Assembly: GCA_032718475.1 (NCBI GenBank)
Contig: JAUCBJ010007567.1
Coordinates: 1-48,562 of the forward strand
Origin: Nemertoderma westbladi
Taxonomy: Eukaryota > Animalia > Xenacoelomorpha
Direction of reading: 5' to 3'
Length of the DNA stretch: 48,562 bases
The notes below the pieces were generated by a model that was not told the DNA's origin, did no database searches, and was given only the letters and a program-made list of their open reading frames with translations. The position numbers were made by a program, and so were the translations under genes. Positions 10,610 through 20,918 of the stretch are shown in pieces. Every line of letters begins with the position of its first letter. Position 1 is the stretch's first letter.

Positions 10610-11123
10610 TCATGATGATAGCAAATTCAAGGGCACATTTACATAGTTCGGAGAATGGGGAACGCTGCCAGTAGTTTTATATCGGATGTCGTTGATACGG
10701 TGAGAAGGCTGACTGCTGGATCGAGAGATAACGGCGGCAGAATGTCGGCGACGTGGGGCGGGACTCCCTCGACTGGCGGGATCCTGGCGGTTAGCGTATG
10801 CAGCGGCGTTGTAGGCGGTGGGAAGCTCGGCGACAACGTCGCAACGGTTGGACTCACTGTCAACCCGTTGCAGTTTATCCACCAGGTTGGCTTCCACCAA
10901 GGATTTTTTGCTTCCGCGCGGTTTTACTGCGCGCCCCGCGTAGTATATAGTGGGATGGCTGGTTGCCCTTGGTGGCGAACTTCTAGTTATGTTAAATTGA
11001 CTTTCAATCTCCCCTAATCGTAACTCTATTGGGCCCAACAACTTCTTAACTTCTTCCAGAACCCGCTTCCGGATGTTGGAGACGGCCAACAGTTCTTCAG
11101 CCTCCTCAATGCTGCTCGTTTGT
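10610..11123 (-). CDS. Putative last coding exon of a CARD-like gene (helical segment then Ser/Pro/Arg-rich tail)
   Basis: Acceptor TTTTGCTTTCAG| before 11123; phase 2 matches the upstream exon and continues in the frame of ORF 10610-11221 (RQTSSIEEAEELL...). Confidence 0.5.
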
Positions 11124-11527
11124 CTGAAAGCAAAATACATTTCCTTATAAGGGCATATTTTTTTTTGCATGCATCGCATATATAGTTTATTACTAAGATA
11201 CTGAAGTAGTGCCATTCCCATACATACATAAGTTAAGGTATATCAAACAGACAGACAGATAGTTCTAGTTGTGCAAGGAAATAAATATAAATGTACGGAA
11301 AATAAAAAGTTATTATGAATAATAAATAACTTGGTACTAACTTGGTCGAACAACCGTTTTTGCTATTGAATAAGGGTTTGACATGTTTGTTTAAAACTGT
11401 TGAAAGTAATCTACTAAAAACTACAGAACATGCAAAGCTATACAATAGAGATGTGAGGATTTACTGGTTCAGAAATCGATAAGCGACACAGTAATACACG
11501 AACCGTAAACGCGGTGCACGGATATAC

Positions 11528-11713
11528 CTGGTTACTCGATTTTTCAGCATTTCATCGGCTATGTGAGTTTGGCCGGAACCATTCAAGGCGTTGCAGAAGG
11601 CTGCCAACGAATTGCTTGGACCACTCCGTAACATGTGGTTTATAAGAACACTGGCCTTCCCATTGGTTGTCCTCTCCGACTCTATTAACTCAGCTACACT
11701 GTCTGTAATAACT
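11528..11713 (-). CDS. Exon encoding the C-terminal helices of a CARD/death-fold domain
   Basis: 186-nt phase 2-2 exon with CTAAC branch point, ATTTTAG| acceptor and CAG|GTATAT donor; translates to VITDSVAELIESERTTNGKASVLINHMLRSGPSNSLAAFCNALNGSGQTHIADEML. Confidence 0.6.
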
Positions 11714-11748
11714 CTAAAATATGATAAATAAAACGATATGTTAGCCAG

Positions 11749-13957
11749 TTTTCATTAATTATATTATATAAAAATGGTTTAATTATGTTTATTAGATATT
11801 ACAGATAAATAAATAATATGTATATATACAGTAAAAAAGCTCATTTATTATTATTAATATTAAAATACCGAATGCATTTCGCGTTGGCTCTTCAGCGGTA
11901 AAAATATTGTGTAGCTTTCTTACTGTTCAAAGGGTGTAGTTATATATGTCTCCTTTCTTTCAGTGGGACCAAAAATGTGGAATTCCCCCAAATTGAGTTT
12001 GAATGGTATAATGTACTTCTTTGTTGCTGTGGGCGTAGAGGTGTTGGGTAGTTTCACAATATTATCTCAGTTGAGTAACAATGGGGCGGGCCTAGGCGGG
12101 CCTTTGTGTCGTTGTGTTATGCCCTATGCATTAGCAATTTAATGAGGGTCTAAACAGTTTGATAAAATGGTCCTCGTAGATCAATAGCAAAGGTAAATCG
12201 TCAGAAGGACATTGGAAAAATGGAGTTATTACATTTTTGGTCCCACTGAAAGAAAGGAGACATATATAACTACACGAAGTGGGGCCTTCGCGCAGCACGT
12301 GACTTAAATTTAATTTAAGTACTAATTCGAAAGTATTACTGTATTAGCAAATTTTAAGCAGATTTCGCCTAATCACTTTTTACCTCTTTCATTTCTATTC
12401 AGACATTTCTGACTCTAGCGGTATAGTGAGAACTGAAGATGGATTAGGGTCTCCAGCCCCACAAAGACACAGCCTATGGATGAATAGTACATACGTACAT
12501 CGGCCAAGTTTCATCTTGAATAACGGATAACGAAATGAGAGACGGATCTCACTTTCAGAAATTTCGCCCTCTAGCGGCAGACTGGAGGACTCCAGACCGT
12601 TTACTGCCCACCAAAGACTCAGGCCGACTTCTACTACATATCTGCTACGTTTCAGCTTGAACGGATCATAAATAACGAGATGGGAGAAAGATTTCACTTT
12701 CAAACATTTCGCCCTCTAGCGGCAGACTGAAGAACTGCACACGGATTAGCCTTCAATTCAATTCAATTCAATTCCTTCTTTCAAAGTCACAGCTAATGGT
12801 CTAGTACATATCTGCCAAATTTCAGCATAAATGGATTAAAAGCAAAGAAATGGGAGGACATTTAACGTTTAGACATGTGGCCCTCTAGCAGGAGACTATT
12901 GCTCTGATGGTGTCTGAAAGTCTCTCAAACGTCTCAACTTTTGATCATATTGATGCCTACAAATTTTCAACTTGGCAGCTTTAAATTCGACAAAGTTATA
13001 AGCATGTCAATATCATAACGACGACAACGATTTCACTTTCAGACATTTGGCCCTCCAGCGGCAGACTGGAGAACTGCAGATGGATTCGCCTCCCTTGAAA
13101 GTCACAGCTAATGGTCTAATACATATCTGCCAAGTTTCAGCTTAAACGGATTAAAAGCAAAGAAATGGGAGGGCATTTAATGTTTAGACATGTGGCCCTC
13201 TAGCGGGAGACCATTACACTGATGGCGTCTGAAAGTCTCTCAAAAATCTCAACTTTAGCTCATATTGATACCTACAAATTTTCAACTTGGCAGCTTTAAA
13301 TCCGACAAAGTTATTAGCATGTCAAAATCGTAACGACGACAACGATTTCACTTTCAGACCTTTGGCCCTCTAGCGGCAGACTGTAGAACTGCAGATGGAT
13401 TCGCCTCCTTTGAAAGTCACAGCTAATGGTCTAATACATATCTGCCAAGTTTCAGCTTAAACGGATTAAAAGCAAAGAAATGGGAGGGCATTTAATGTTT
13501 AGACATGTGGCCCTCTAGCGGGAGACCATTGCACTGATGGTGTCTGAAAGTCTCTCAAAAATCTCAACTTTTGCTCATATTGATACCTACAAATTTTCAA
13601 CTTGGCAGCTTTAAATCCGACAAAGTTATTAGCATGTCAAAATCGTAACGACGACGACGACGACAACGACGACGACGACGATGACGACGACGACAACTAT
13701 TTGCATAAATTGACCCACCCCCTAACAGTGTCAATTCGCTAAGGCTCCGCCAACTTCGTGGCTCGCCCCACACCCTTTGAACAGTAAAAAGCTACACAAT
13801 ATTTTTACCGCTGAAGAGCCAACGCGAAATGCATTCGGTATTTTAATATTAATAATAATAAATGAGCTTTTTTACTGTATATATACATATTATTTATTTA
13901 TCTGTAATATCTAATAAACATAATTAAACCATTTTTATATAATATAATTAATGAAAA
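11749..13957. mobile_element. Foldback/MITE-like element (or local inverted duplication) with ~230-bp inverted arms, in the putative intron
   Basis: Left arm 11749-11978 is the reverse complement of 12231-12275 plus 13770-13957 (one 1-nt indel seen); the right arm is split by a 1.5-kb insertion. No TSD found. Confidence 0.75.
12276..13769 (-). mobile_element. Non-autonomous HINE/DINE-like element with internal ~315-bp tandem repeats and (GAC)n tract, flanked by ACAC (GTGT)
   Basis: Empty site visible in the left foldback arm; tandem units repeat at 13021 and 13336; (GAC)n 13648-13697; termini shared with 27608-28148. The superfamily assignment is inference. Confidence 0.7.
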
Positions 13958-13966
13958 AAGACCTAC

Positions 13967-14040
13967 CGGCATATATAATCAAATCGAATAATACTGCTGT
14001 ACTTATACGGAAGTAGGTACCGGTCCGGATGATCAGGCAT
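13967..14040 (-). CDS. Candidate first coding exon of the CARD-like gene
   Basis: ATG at 14040, 74 nt (MPDHPDRYLLPYKYSSIIRFDYIC+CG), donor |GTAGGT, phase 2 compatible with exon 11713. Confidence 0.3.
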
Positions 14041-14116
14041 TCAGGCCTACTGGTTACCGGTCGACCGATACTTTCGACTTTATTGCTTACTGCAATAAAG
14101 AAGCTATATCCTTTAA

Positions 14117-14810
14117 TGTTCGCGCTTTCAGACCTTTGGCAGTTTAACCCGCCAAATTAGAATGTCTTCTAGATAATAAATCGCTTTTTAGTCTATGACA
14201 AGTATTTGATTCACTACACTAGTCGAAACCAATCCGTGCGCGACCATTCACCCGCTGGATATTCCCGGGAGATTGGGTTCGACGGTTTAATTTTTTATTG
14301 CTATGTAAGCCTAATGTATTATTCGACTGACAGTATTATATAATCTCTGACAATATTATTCACCTTCGGTAATATTAACAGTTCCTTTAGGACGTGGCGC
14401 TTTATCTACATAAACAGAGTTATGACTTAAACTACTCACAACGATATGGCTTAATTATAATTCACATATATGGCGCATTCTTTAGGAATTGCTTCTTTAA
14501 CAGACTCACTCATACACTATGCTGCACAATACTGCACACTAATCTGCCAATCTTCACTGATTTTAGTCACATATAAAAGGAACACAGGCTGACTCATGTA
14601 GGGTCTATCAAATAACATTAGATTCACTTCAAACCACTTTAACATAAGTCACAATCGTTATTGGTAACCTTTCTCTCTTACCTTAGGTATATCAAGAATA
14701 TTGGGTTGCGGGGTTATTTATCGTTATTCCAAATATAATTATTCATCAACCATATTATGAAGAACTGACAGCAAATAGCAGTATAAAACAACAAGTCAGT
14801 ACCGGTATGT
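14117..14810 (-). mobile_element. BEL/Pao-type LTR fragment, diverged relative of 1-980
   Basis: Begins TGTTCGCGCTTT (LTR end on the minus strand); collinear inverted similarity to ~280-980; may extend to ~15200. Confidence 0.55.
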
Positions 14811-15354
14811 CAGCAATGAGACATAGGCATGCAGGTCCGCAGTTAAAGGATATATGCCCTTTATAATTAAACCTACTAGTGTACGACTAAAAAGCAGTAC
14901 AGCACAAAATACTTCCAAGCCGTTCTTTCTTTGGCTCAAGACTGAATGTAAACACTGCACATAGGCATTGCGTCATTTCTCGGAAATTTTCTGTACAAGG
15001 AGCCACAAAAACGCTCTCATTGGCTGACTGAACTGAGAGACGCCGTAGAACAAAGGAAATCAACACGTATGAATGTCAGCTGTTAACCGTAGTCATAGTA
15101 ACTACTGTTCAAGAGTAGCTATCACCCTTTTGCGTCACGAATTGCCATAGAATCATAAAATATGCCTTTCACAGTACACATACGGAGGAAATAGGTCTTA
15201 GATCCTCTAAAAACACTGATACAGCAATAATACGGTCTCTTACACTTATTAAATCAACTACAGAGTATTTTAATGTAAAAGATAATAAAAATAACGGGGC
15301 AATTCAGCAAAGGCTTTTACAGAGGATGAGATTGATCAAGCGGAATTAAAGCAT

Positions 15355-16743
15355 TTGAGATATTATCAAATGTGTGCCTTCCCTAAAGAATTCCATCTAT
15401 TGTCGGCTCAACGACCAGTTCTCTATAAACCCCTTAGAAAATGGAGTCCATTAATCCATAAGGGTTTGATTTGTCATAGATCGAGAATCCAGACTGTCGA
15501 CATAAACTCACAGTTTCGGTTCCCAGTGATAATCCCTAGTCACCCAATAGAATTGCAAAGAGCGATTCTATGGGATATACACAAGAGGTTGCATCACGCG
15601 GGAAAGTTACACTGTTTGTCGGCAGCGAGACAGCGATTCATTCTATTGCAGCCAAGCAGGGCAGTAGGCACTATGTACGACGCCTGTCTGGTTTGCAAGA
15701 GGGTGAACGCCAGAGCATTGGAACAGGAGATGGCTGAACTCCCGGAAGCGAGAGTGCAGGCATATGACCCACCCTTTACGAACACAGGGGTGGACTGTTT
15801 TGGTCCGATTGAAGCAAAGAGTGGACGGCTGACCCACAAGCGATGGGGTCTGCTACTGACATGTATGGCTAGTAGAGCCATACACATTGAGCGTGTGGCA
15901 GACATGTCGACCAAATCTCTGCTCCTGGCCTTAAAGAGATTTATGGCCAGGAGAGGACTAGTAAAGGCGTTCTACTCCGATAAGGGTACAAACTTTGTCG
16001 GAGGGAATAGCGAGTTGAACGCGGCTCATAAAGTAGCACAGAATAAGGAAATTTCTGCAGCACTTTTGCCGCAACGAGTAGAGTGGAGATTCAATACTCC
16101 AGAAAGTCCTTGGAGAGGAGGAAGTTGGGAGCGTTTAGTTCGCTCTGTAAAACAGGCCATTGCCAAAACGTTGCCTGTGAACAAACAACTTACCGACGAC
16201 GAACTGGTTACAGCTTTCATTGAAATCGAGCATACCCTAAACTCGAGGCCGATAGCTATGTTGCCAGACGGTGTTGCATTAACGCCGAATCATTTGCTAA
16301 TGCAGAGTCCAGCATTTCTTGTGCCGGCATCAGAACCCATTAGTGCCGACCTATATAGTCGTAAGAGCTGGAAAGTAACACAGTTAGTGGCGTACACATT
16401 CTGGGAATATTGGCGGGAATACTATCTTCCCACCATATCTACCAGAACAAAGTGGTACAAGACGGTTCGGAGTCTCCAAAGGGGAGATTACGTGTTGATA
16501 ACCGAACCCATTGTCAAGAGAAAGTATTGGGAGACGGGAGTGATCTTGCACACACACCCAGACGTGCAAAACAAAGTGCGCACAGTCACTGTGAAAATTA
16601 GGTGCAAGTGTCCGCACCCAAAAAAGTGTAAAACTAATGGTTTACACACCTTGGACCGACCGGTCCAAGATATTGTGTTATTAGAGGAGACACGTATCGA
16701 GACGGGAGATTATAATTTGTCTCCTGCCTCAAAACTGAATTAG
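15355..16743 (+). CDS. pol: BEL/Pao integrase (zinc finger, DDE core, DUF5641-like C-terminus)
   Basis: HKRLHHAG..C..C, PFTNTGVDCFGP, SDKGTNFVGG, PWRGGSWERLVRSVK, LNSRP, LTPNHLL, FWEYWREYYLP. Confidence 0.93.
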   Translation: MRYYQMCAFPKEFHLLSAQRPVLYKPLRKWSPLIHKGLICHRSRIQTVDINSQFRFPVIIPSHPIELQRAILWDIHKRLHHAGKLHCLSAARQRFILLQPSRAVGTMYDACLVCKRVNARALEQEMAELPEARVQAYDPPFTNTGVDCFGPIEAKSGRLTHKRWGLLLTCMASRAIHIERVADMSTKSLLLALKRFMARRGLVKAFYSDKGTNFVGGNSELNAAHKVAQNKEISAALLPQRVEWRFNTPESPWRGGSWERLVRSVKQAIAKTLPVNKQLTDDELVTAFIEIEHTLNSRPIAMLPDGVALTPNHLLMQSPAFLVPASEPISADLYSRKSWKVTQLVAYTFWEYWREYYLPTISTRTKWYKTVRSLQRGDYVLITEPIVKRKYWETGVILHTHPDVQNKVRTVTVKIRCKCPHPKKCKTNGLHTLDRPVQDIVLLEETRIETGDYNLSPASKLN

Positions 16744-17501
16744 TGTTGGACGCAACTCACTTCGTATGCATTCCTCGTATGCAAATACAAGGAAATGCAT
16801 AGGAGCGGGGTTGTGGTGATTTGCGTTGAGTTTTGTCTGGTGGGTATCAAAACAAAATTTTATTTTCAAAATTTTGGAAAATTAGAAAATTTTAAAAATT
16901 AGAAGTGAACCCAAGACAATTCCAGACGCTGTGTATAGACGCGTTTTAGAATTCGTCTATAGATAACAGTAATTTGAAAAGTCGTGAAGCCTGGAAAATA
17001 GCATTTAGAAACCATGGTGACGGCTATATTACGTAGGAGTGTAAATTGAGTTTAGCAACTTCCACAGATTGGTGCCAACAGTGCAACTAAGGTGCTAAAG
17101 GTTAGTAGCACCAGAGGCGTGCACGGACCCCACTCAGTAGTTTGCAGGATGTGTGATGTTCGATTATCAAACCTGTGGGTTTGGTATAGTCGAGTATTGT
17201 GGCTATGGTCCTTTCTAACTACTGTAGTTTAGTACGAGTAATGGGAGTAGTTTGGGCATCAAAAAGTGAGTTGGTCACGGCCAGTTTATCTCCAAAGTTT
17301 TTGCGCTATGCATGGGAATAGGTTAGAGGATAGTTAGTTAGGAAGAGACGGGATCTAGAGAGTCGAACCTGAACTGCTGGAAGGCGGGGGGGGTTCGGGA
17401 GGTCTGTCCTTCGGCGACATCTAACTGATACTCTACCCACAGTGTAGTTGGTTACGTAACGGCACTTATTGGGATATATATATGTATATACGCGTAACAT
17501 A

Positions 17502-20500
17502 ATGGAGAGGGATATTAGAGCGCAACCTCGCAGAGGATTTACTGCCAGAGAGGAGGCGGAGCTACCATTCGCGCGACCGGGATGTAAAGACTCTAACGTT
17601 TACTACCATGGGCGGTCCGTGATGGAGCTGAACGGAAAGTACAAGCCAAGTTATGATAAAGAATTACGGAGAGAAAGAATGAGAGCGTTGGGGGACCGGA
17701 TGGAAGTTTTGCGGAGAGAGTATCGCACGCGGTATCCCTACGACTTTGCTTTGGACGTGTGCGACATTAGCGCAGATCCGGACGAGGAAATCGCACGACT
17801 ATACCATATGAATATGTATTTACGACATGAGGAGCCTCTACCTGCAGTCCGAGACCAGTTCGACGGAATGCACCTGTATCGGAGGACTCGAGGCGAGGAT
17901 CAGGAGACGCCGAAAGTCTTCAGCGTATACAAGCTCTTCTACAAGTGTGGTGAATGCATGAATAAACAGGACGTGGCGATTCCCGACCGATTAGACGAGC
18001 AACATCCGGAACCGATATTAACGCGATGTCCAGCTCACCAATTCCTTAGATATAACGAGGGAGGTTACCCGATGAGCAACCCGATGATCAGTATCGACTT
18101 CAGCGGAAAGCGACCTCCGAGACCCATTACGCCGACCGTTACGACATTAGATCCGTATACGGAGATTAAACCCTGTTCGACACCCAGTTTGATAGAGACG
18201 GCAGCGGCCATTTCGCTGTACCGAGCCTATAAGGATCTAGAGGCGCGGCGCGAAGCGGCGCGGGACTCGGGTACCAAACCCGCGGGTTTGGAGCTCTCGA
18301 GTCCCTGGACTGCGTTTACTTCACCTCACCGAGTGAGAAGCCTCACGCCTGAGCATCAGGACGACATAGACGCGTTGCGGCAGGAGGAGCGAGCGGCGAA
18401 GGCGAAGGAATTATTTGAGAACAGGATAGCGGAGTATAATAAGACCACGGATAGACATCAAGAGGAGACGAGGAGAGTGACCGGATTTGTTCCACAGGTC
18501 GTATCTCAACCCGGACCGGTGTATTATTCCGACGGCACTGAACCTGCGATATTAGTAGATCATCCGGAGTCGCGAGAAGCGATACGATTCTTGCCGATGG
18601 TAAGAATGGCGGACCATTGGAACGTCGACTGTCTACGGGAAGTTTTATGCGCGAAGTTCTTGCGTGATGTCCCAATGCAGATCACAGATTATGACACGTT
18701 GGATAAGATTGGAGCTCCGGGAAAGGAGAGTAAGCTATTCGGATGGTTGGATAAGTACATCAAGGTATGGGTCGCGGTGGCTACATTCCCAGACGACGAG
18801 GAGGTAGACCAGACGTGGCTGAGGAGGAAGGGTTCTTATACCCGATATGATGACCACAAGGCGATCGAGCGCATGTGGACCCCATCAGATGAGATTCAGC
18901 GTCAGTGGAGGAAAACGGAGGAATCACTGCAGGATTGGAGAGTGATGTTCTACGACAATGAAGGAGGGTCCCATCAGGAATGTTTGACCAGCAAGTGTAT
19001 TCAAATTCGTGCGGCCGATGGTGTGACTCATGTGTTTATGCGTGTGAGGGCGGATCGAGAGAGACCGGAGCCCATCATAACGACACAATATCGGAAGGGA
19101 AAGGATCCTAGGGAACAGATTTTGGAGGTATGCAGGCGAGGAGGTATGCACGGAGCGGAGCGTATCGACGCCAGGATGTTACCCAAGAAAGTTAGAGAGG
19201 CTATTCTCAACCAAGATTACGTCAAGGTGGGATCGGGAGTCCAGAGCGATTTGGAGAGCGACTTCAACGCCATGACTGATCCGGAAGATAGATTGCCTAG
19301 ACCGTTTGTCGACACCAAGCTATTGTTGCTATGGGCACAGGATATTGGAATTTATAGGGAGTATCCCAACTCTGCCAAGACTGGTATGGGCTTTATAGCA
19401 CACTTGTTGTATAATTGGGACTTTAAGTTAAAGACGCAAAAGAAGTATGAGGAGGCGTACGGCGAATACAACACGCCACCGGGAGCGGAGTTCAAATCCC
19501 ACTTCAAGCGGCAAGCGTTAGTGTATTGGAACATTTGCGCGCCACCCCGTGCGTCGCTACAATATTATTTGGTGCTTGAGTCGAACACGGTGACTTGTTT
19601 ATTAGCGGATATCGTTGCGCGAGTTTTGAAGCGTCATCCATTGGTATTCGGAGGAGATCAATACGTTCGCTCGAAAGGGGGAATCCAATCCGACGTGATG
19701 AAGCGTTTCTTAACCCCGTTCTTCAACCAATCGTTAGAGAATACGTCGATGGTGAGGAGAGGATTAGCGATATTCGAAGGAATATATCGACAGAATATCG
19801 GAGATTTGGGAGACCGACCGTCGATGGAATATCCGACGCCAGAAGCTTTGGAGAAGTGGTTCGGGAATCAAACCCGCGGGTTTGGTACTCCCTTCCACTC
19901 GGAGGCTGATAGACCTGTTAAGGAGGGCTGGCCGGAGACTTTAGTAGAGGTGTTCGGAGTAGATCTTCCGGTGGAGAAGACATATCCGAAACGAACACGG
20001 GAGGAAATATTGGAGATAGAGGACAAGGGCGAGGATGTTTACTTTGTTCCGGATCGACAACCGTTGACCGGAGAGGACGACATCGTATTAGACATTGGGA
20101 AGGAAGGAAGTGCGAAACCGATTGGAGACCTCATATACGAGAGGGCCTGGTTTCCACAAGCGCGTAGGTGCAAATTGTGCGGCAGCACAAGGCACAATCT
20201 AAAGTCGTGCGACGCGGTAATAGAGGCGGCGCATAAGGTCTGTCGTTGGTGTAATGAGACCGACCATTCGTTTCATACGTGCACCGTCTTCATTTCTCAA
20301 TGCGCATATTGTGGAGTAAAGGGACATCGTAGCACGAGATGTCAGCTGCGAGATGATTCCTTTCAAAACCATAGCGCTAACCTACTTCGGGAGATGTTAG
20401 ATAAGTGGGAGAGTGTGGCGGATTACCATATTCAAGCACAGATGCGTTGGTTACCATTTAAAGCGGGATATGGGTTTTGGGCGGTAGACCCATCGCATGT

Positions 20501-20918
20501 TGCGTACGAACCATATCTTCAATCGCTACCACAATACCAGGAGCTCATCCTAACTGCTCAAGACCTTCCACAGAACACTGGAGTTATCGTAGTCCGAGAA
20601 TACTTCAGACAATTGAACATGGACAATAAGTACACATGGAACTTCGTTGCTATTTGCGATCGCATCACGAAGGGTGTATTTACGGAGACTAGAAAAGTGG
20701 TACGCGCGCGAGGTGATTGGAGGATGGCGGCTATACAATACCGCAACGAATTCCTGTTGACTCATGTGCCAGTGGGTTCATTGACCACCGAGAGGATACA
20801 GGAACAAAGGATCGCAGCGACCACAGCGACGACCGCTGGAGCTCAAGGCTCGCGGAAAGAACCAGGAGGAGGGGTCCAAGACAAGCGTCAAGTCAAGGAC
20901 GACCACTACCATACCTAA
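17502..20918 (+). CDS. BEL accessory protein (~1138 aa): DEDDy/WRN-type 3'-5' exonuclease-like domain plus 3 CCHC zinc knuckles
   Basis: Intact 3.4-kb ORF. VMFYDNEG (ExoI), LPKKVREAILNQDYVKVGSGVQSDL (ExoII), FVDTKLL, LQYYLVLE (ExoIII-like); CKLCGSTRHNLKSC, CRWCNETDHSFHTC, CAYCGVKGHRSTRC at 20169-20343. Homologue in BEL element 2. Confidence 0.8.
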   Translation: MERDIRAQPRRGFTAREEAELPFARPGCKDSNVYYHGRSVMELNGKYKPSYDKELRRERMRALGDRMEVLRREYRTRYPYDFALDVCDISADPDEEIARLYHMNMYLRHEEPLPAVRDQFDGMHLYRRTRGEDQETPKVFSVYKLFYKCGECMNKQDVAIPDRLDEQHPEPILTRCPAHQFLRYNEGGYPMSNPMISIDFSGKRPPRPITPTVTTLDPYTEIKPCSTPSLIETAAAISLYRAYKDLEARREAARDSGTKPAGLELSSPWTAFTSPHRVRSLTPEHQDDIDALRQEERAAKAKELFENRIAEYNKTTDRHQEETRRVTGFVPQVVSQPGPVYYSDGTEPAILVDHPESREAIRFLPMVRMADHWNVDCLREVLCAKFLRDVPMQITDYDTLDKIGAPGKESKLFGWLDKYIKVWVAVATFPDDEEVDQTWLRRKGSYTRYDDHKAIERMWTPSDEIQRQWRKTEESLQDWRVMFYDNEGGSHQECLTSKCIQIRAADGVTHVFMRVRADRERPEPIITTQYRKGKDPREQILEVCRRGGMHGAERIDARMLPKKVREAILNQDYVKVGSGVQSDLESDFNAMTDPEDRLPRPFVDTKLLLLWAQDIGIYREYPNSAKTGMGFIAHLLYNWDFKLKTQKKYEEAYGEYNTPPGAEFKSHFKRQALVYWNICAPPRASLQYYLVLESNTVTCLLADIVARVLKRHPLVFGGDQYVRSKGGIQSDVMKRFLTPFFNQSLENTSMVRRGLAIFEGIYRQNIGDLGDRPSMEYPTPEALEKWFGNQTRGFGTPFHSEADRPVKEGWPETLVEVFGVDLPVEKTYPKRTREEILEIEDKGEDVYFVPDRQPLTGEDDIVLDIGKEGSAKPIGDLIYERAWFPQARRCKLCGSTRHNLKSCDAVIEAAHKVCRWCNETDHSFHTCTVFISQCAYCGVKGHRSTRCQLRDDSFQNHSANLLREMLDKWESVADYHIQAQMRWLPFKAGYGFWAVDPSHVAYEPYLQSLPQYQELILTAQDLPQNTGVIVVREYFRQLNMDNKYTWNFVAICDRITKGVFTETRKVVRARGDWRMAAIQYRNEFLLTHVPVGSLTTERIQEQRIAATTATTAGAQGSRKEPGGGVQDKRQVKDDHYHT

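Noticed and set aside
11934-12275. Stand-alone 340-bp MITE with 45-bp TIRs
   Set aside because: These repeats are the inner ends of the larger 230-bp arms, separated by the nested insertion.
14117-15220. 5' LTR of BEL-1
   Set aside because: It does not match the LTR at 22848, appears oppositely oriented, and no shared TSD was found.
17502-20918. Interpretation as gag or env
   Set aside because: It lies downstream of integrase with no protease/RT after it, has no evident signal peptide, TM segment or capsid motifs, and the homologue occupies the same position in BEL-2.
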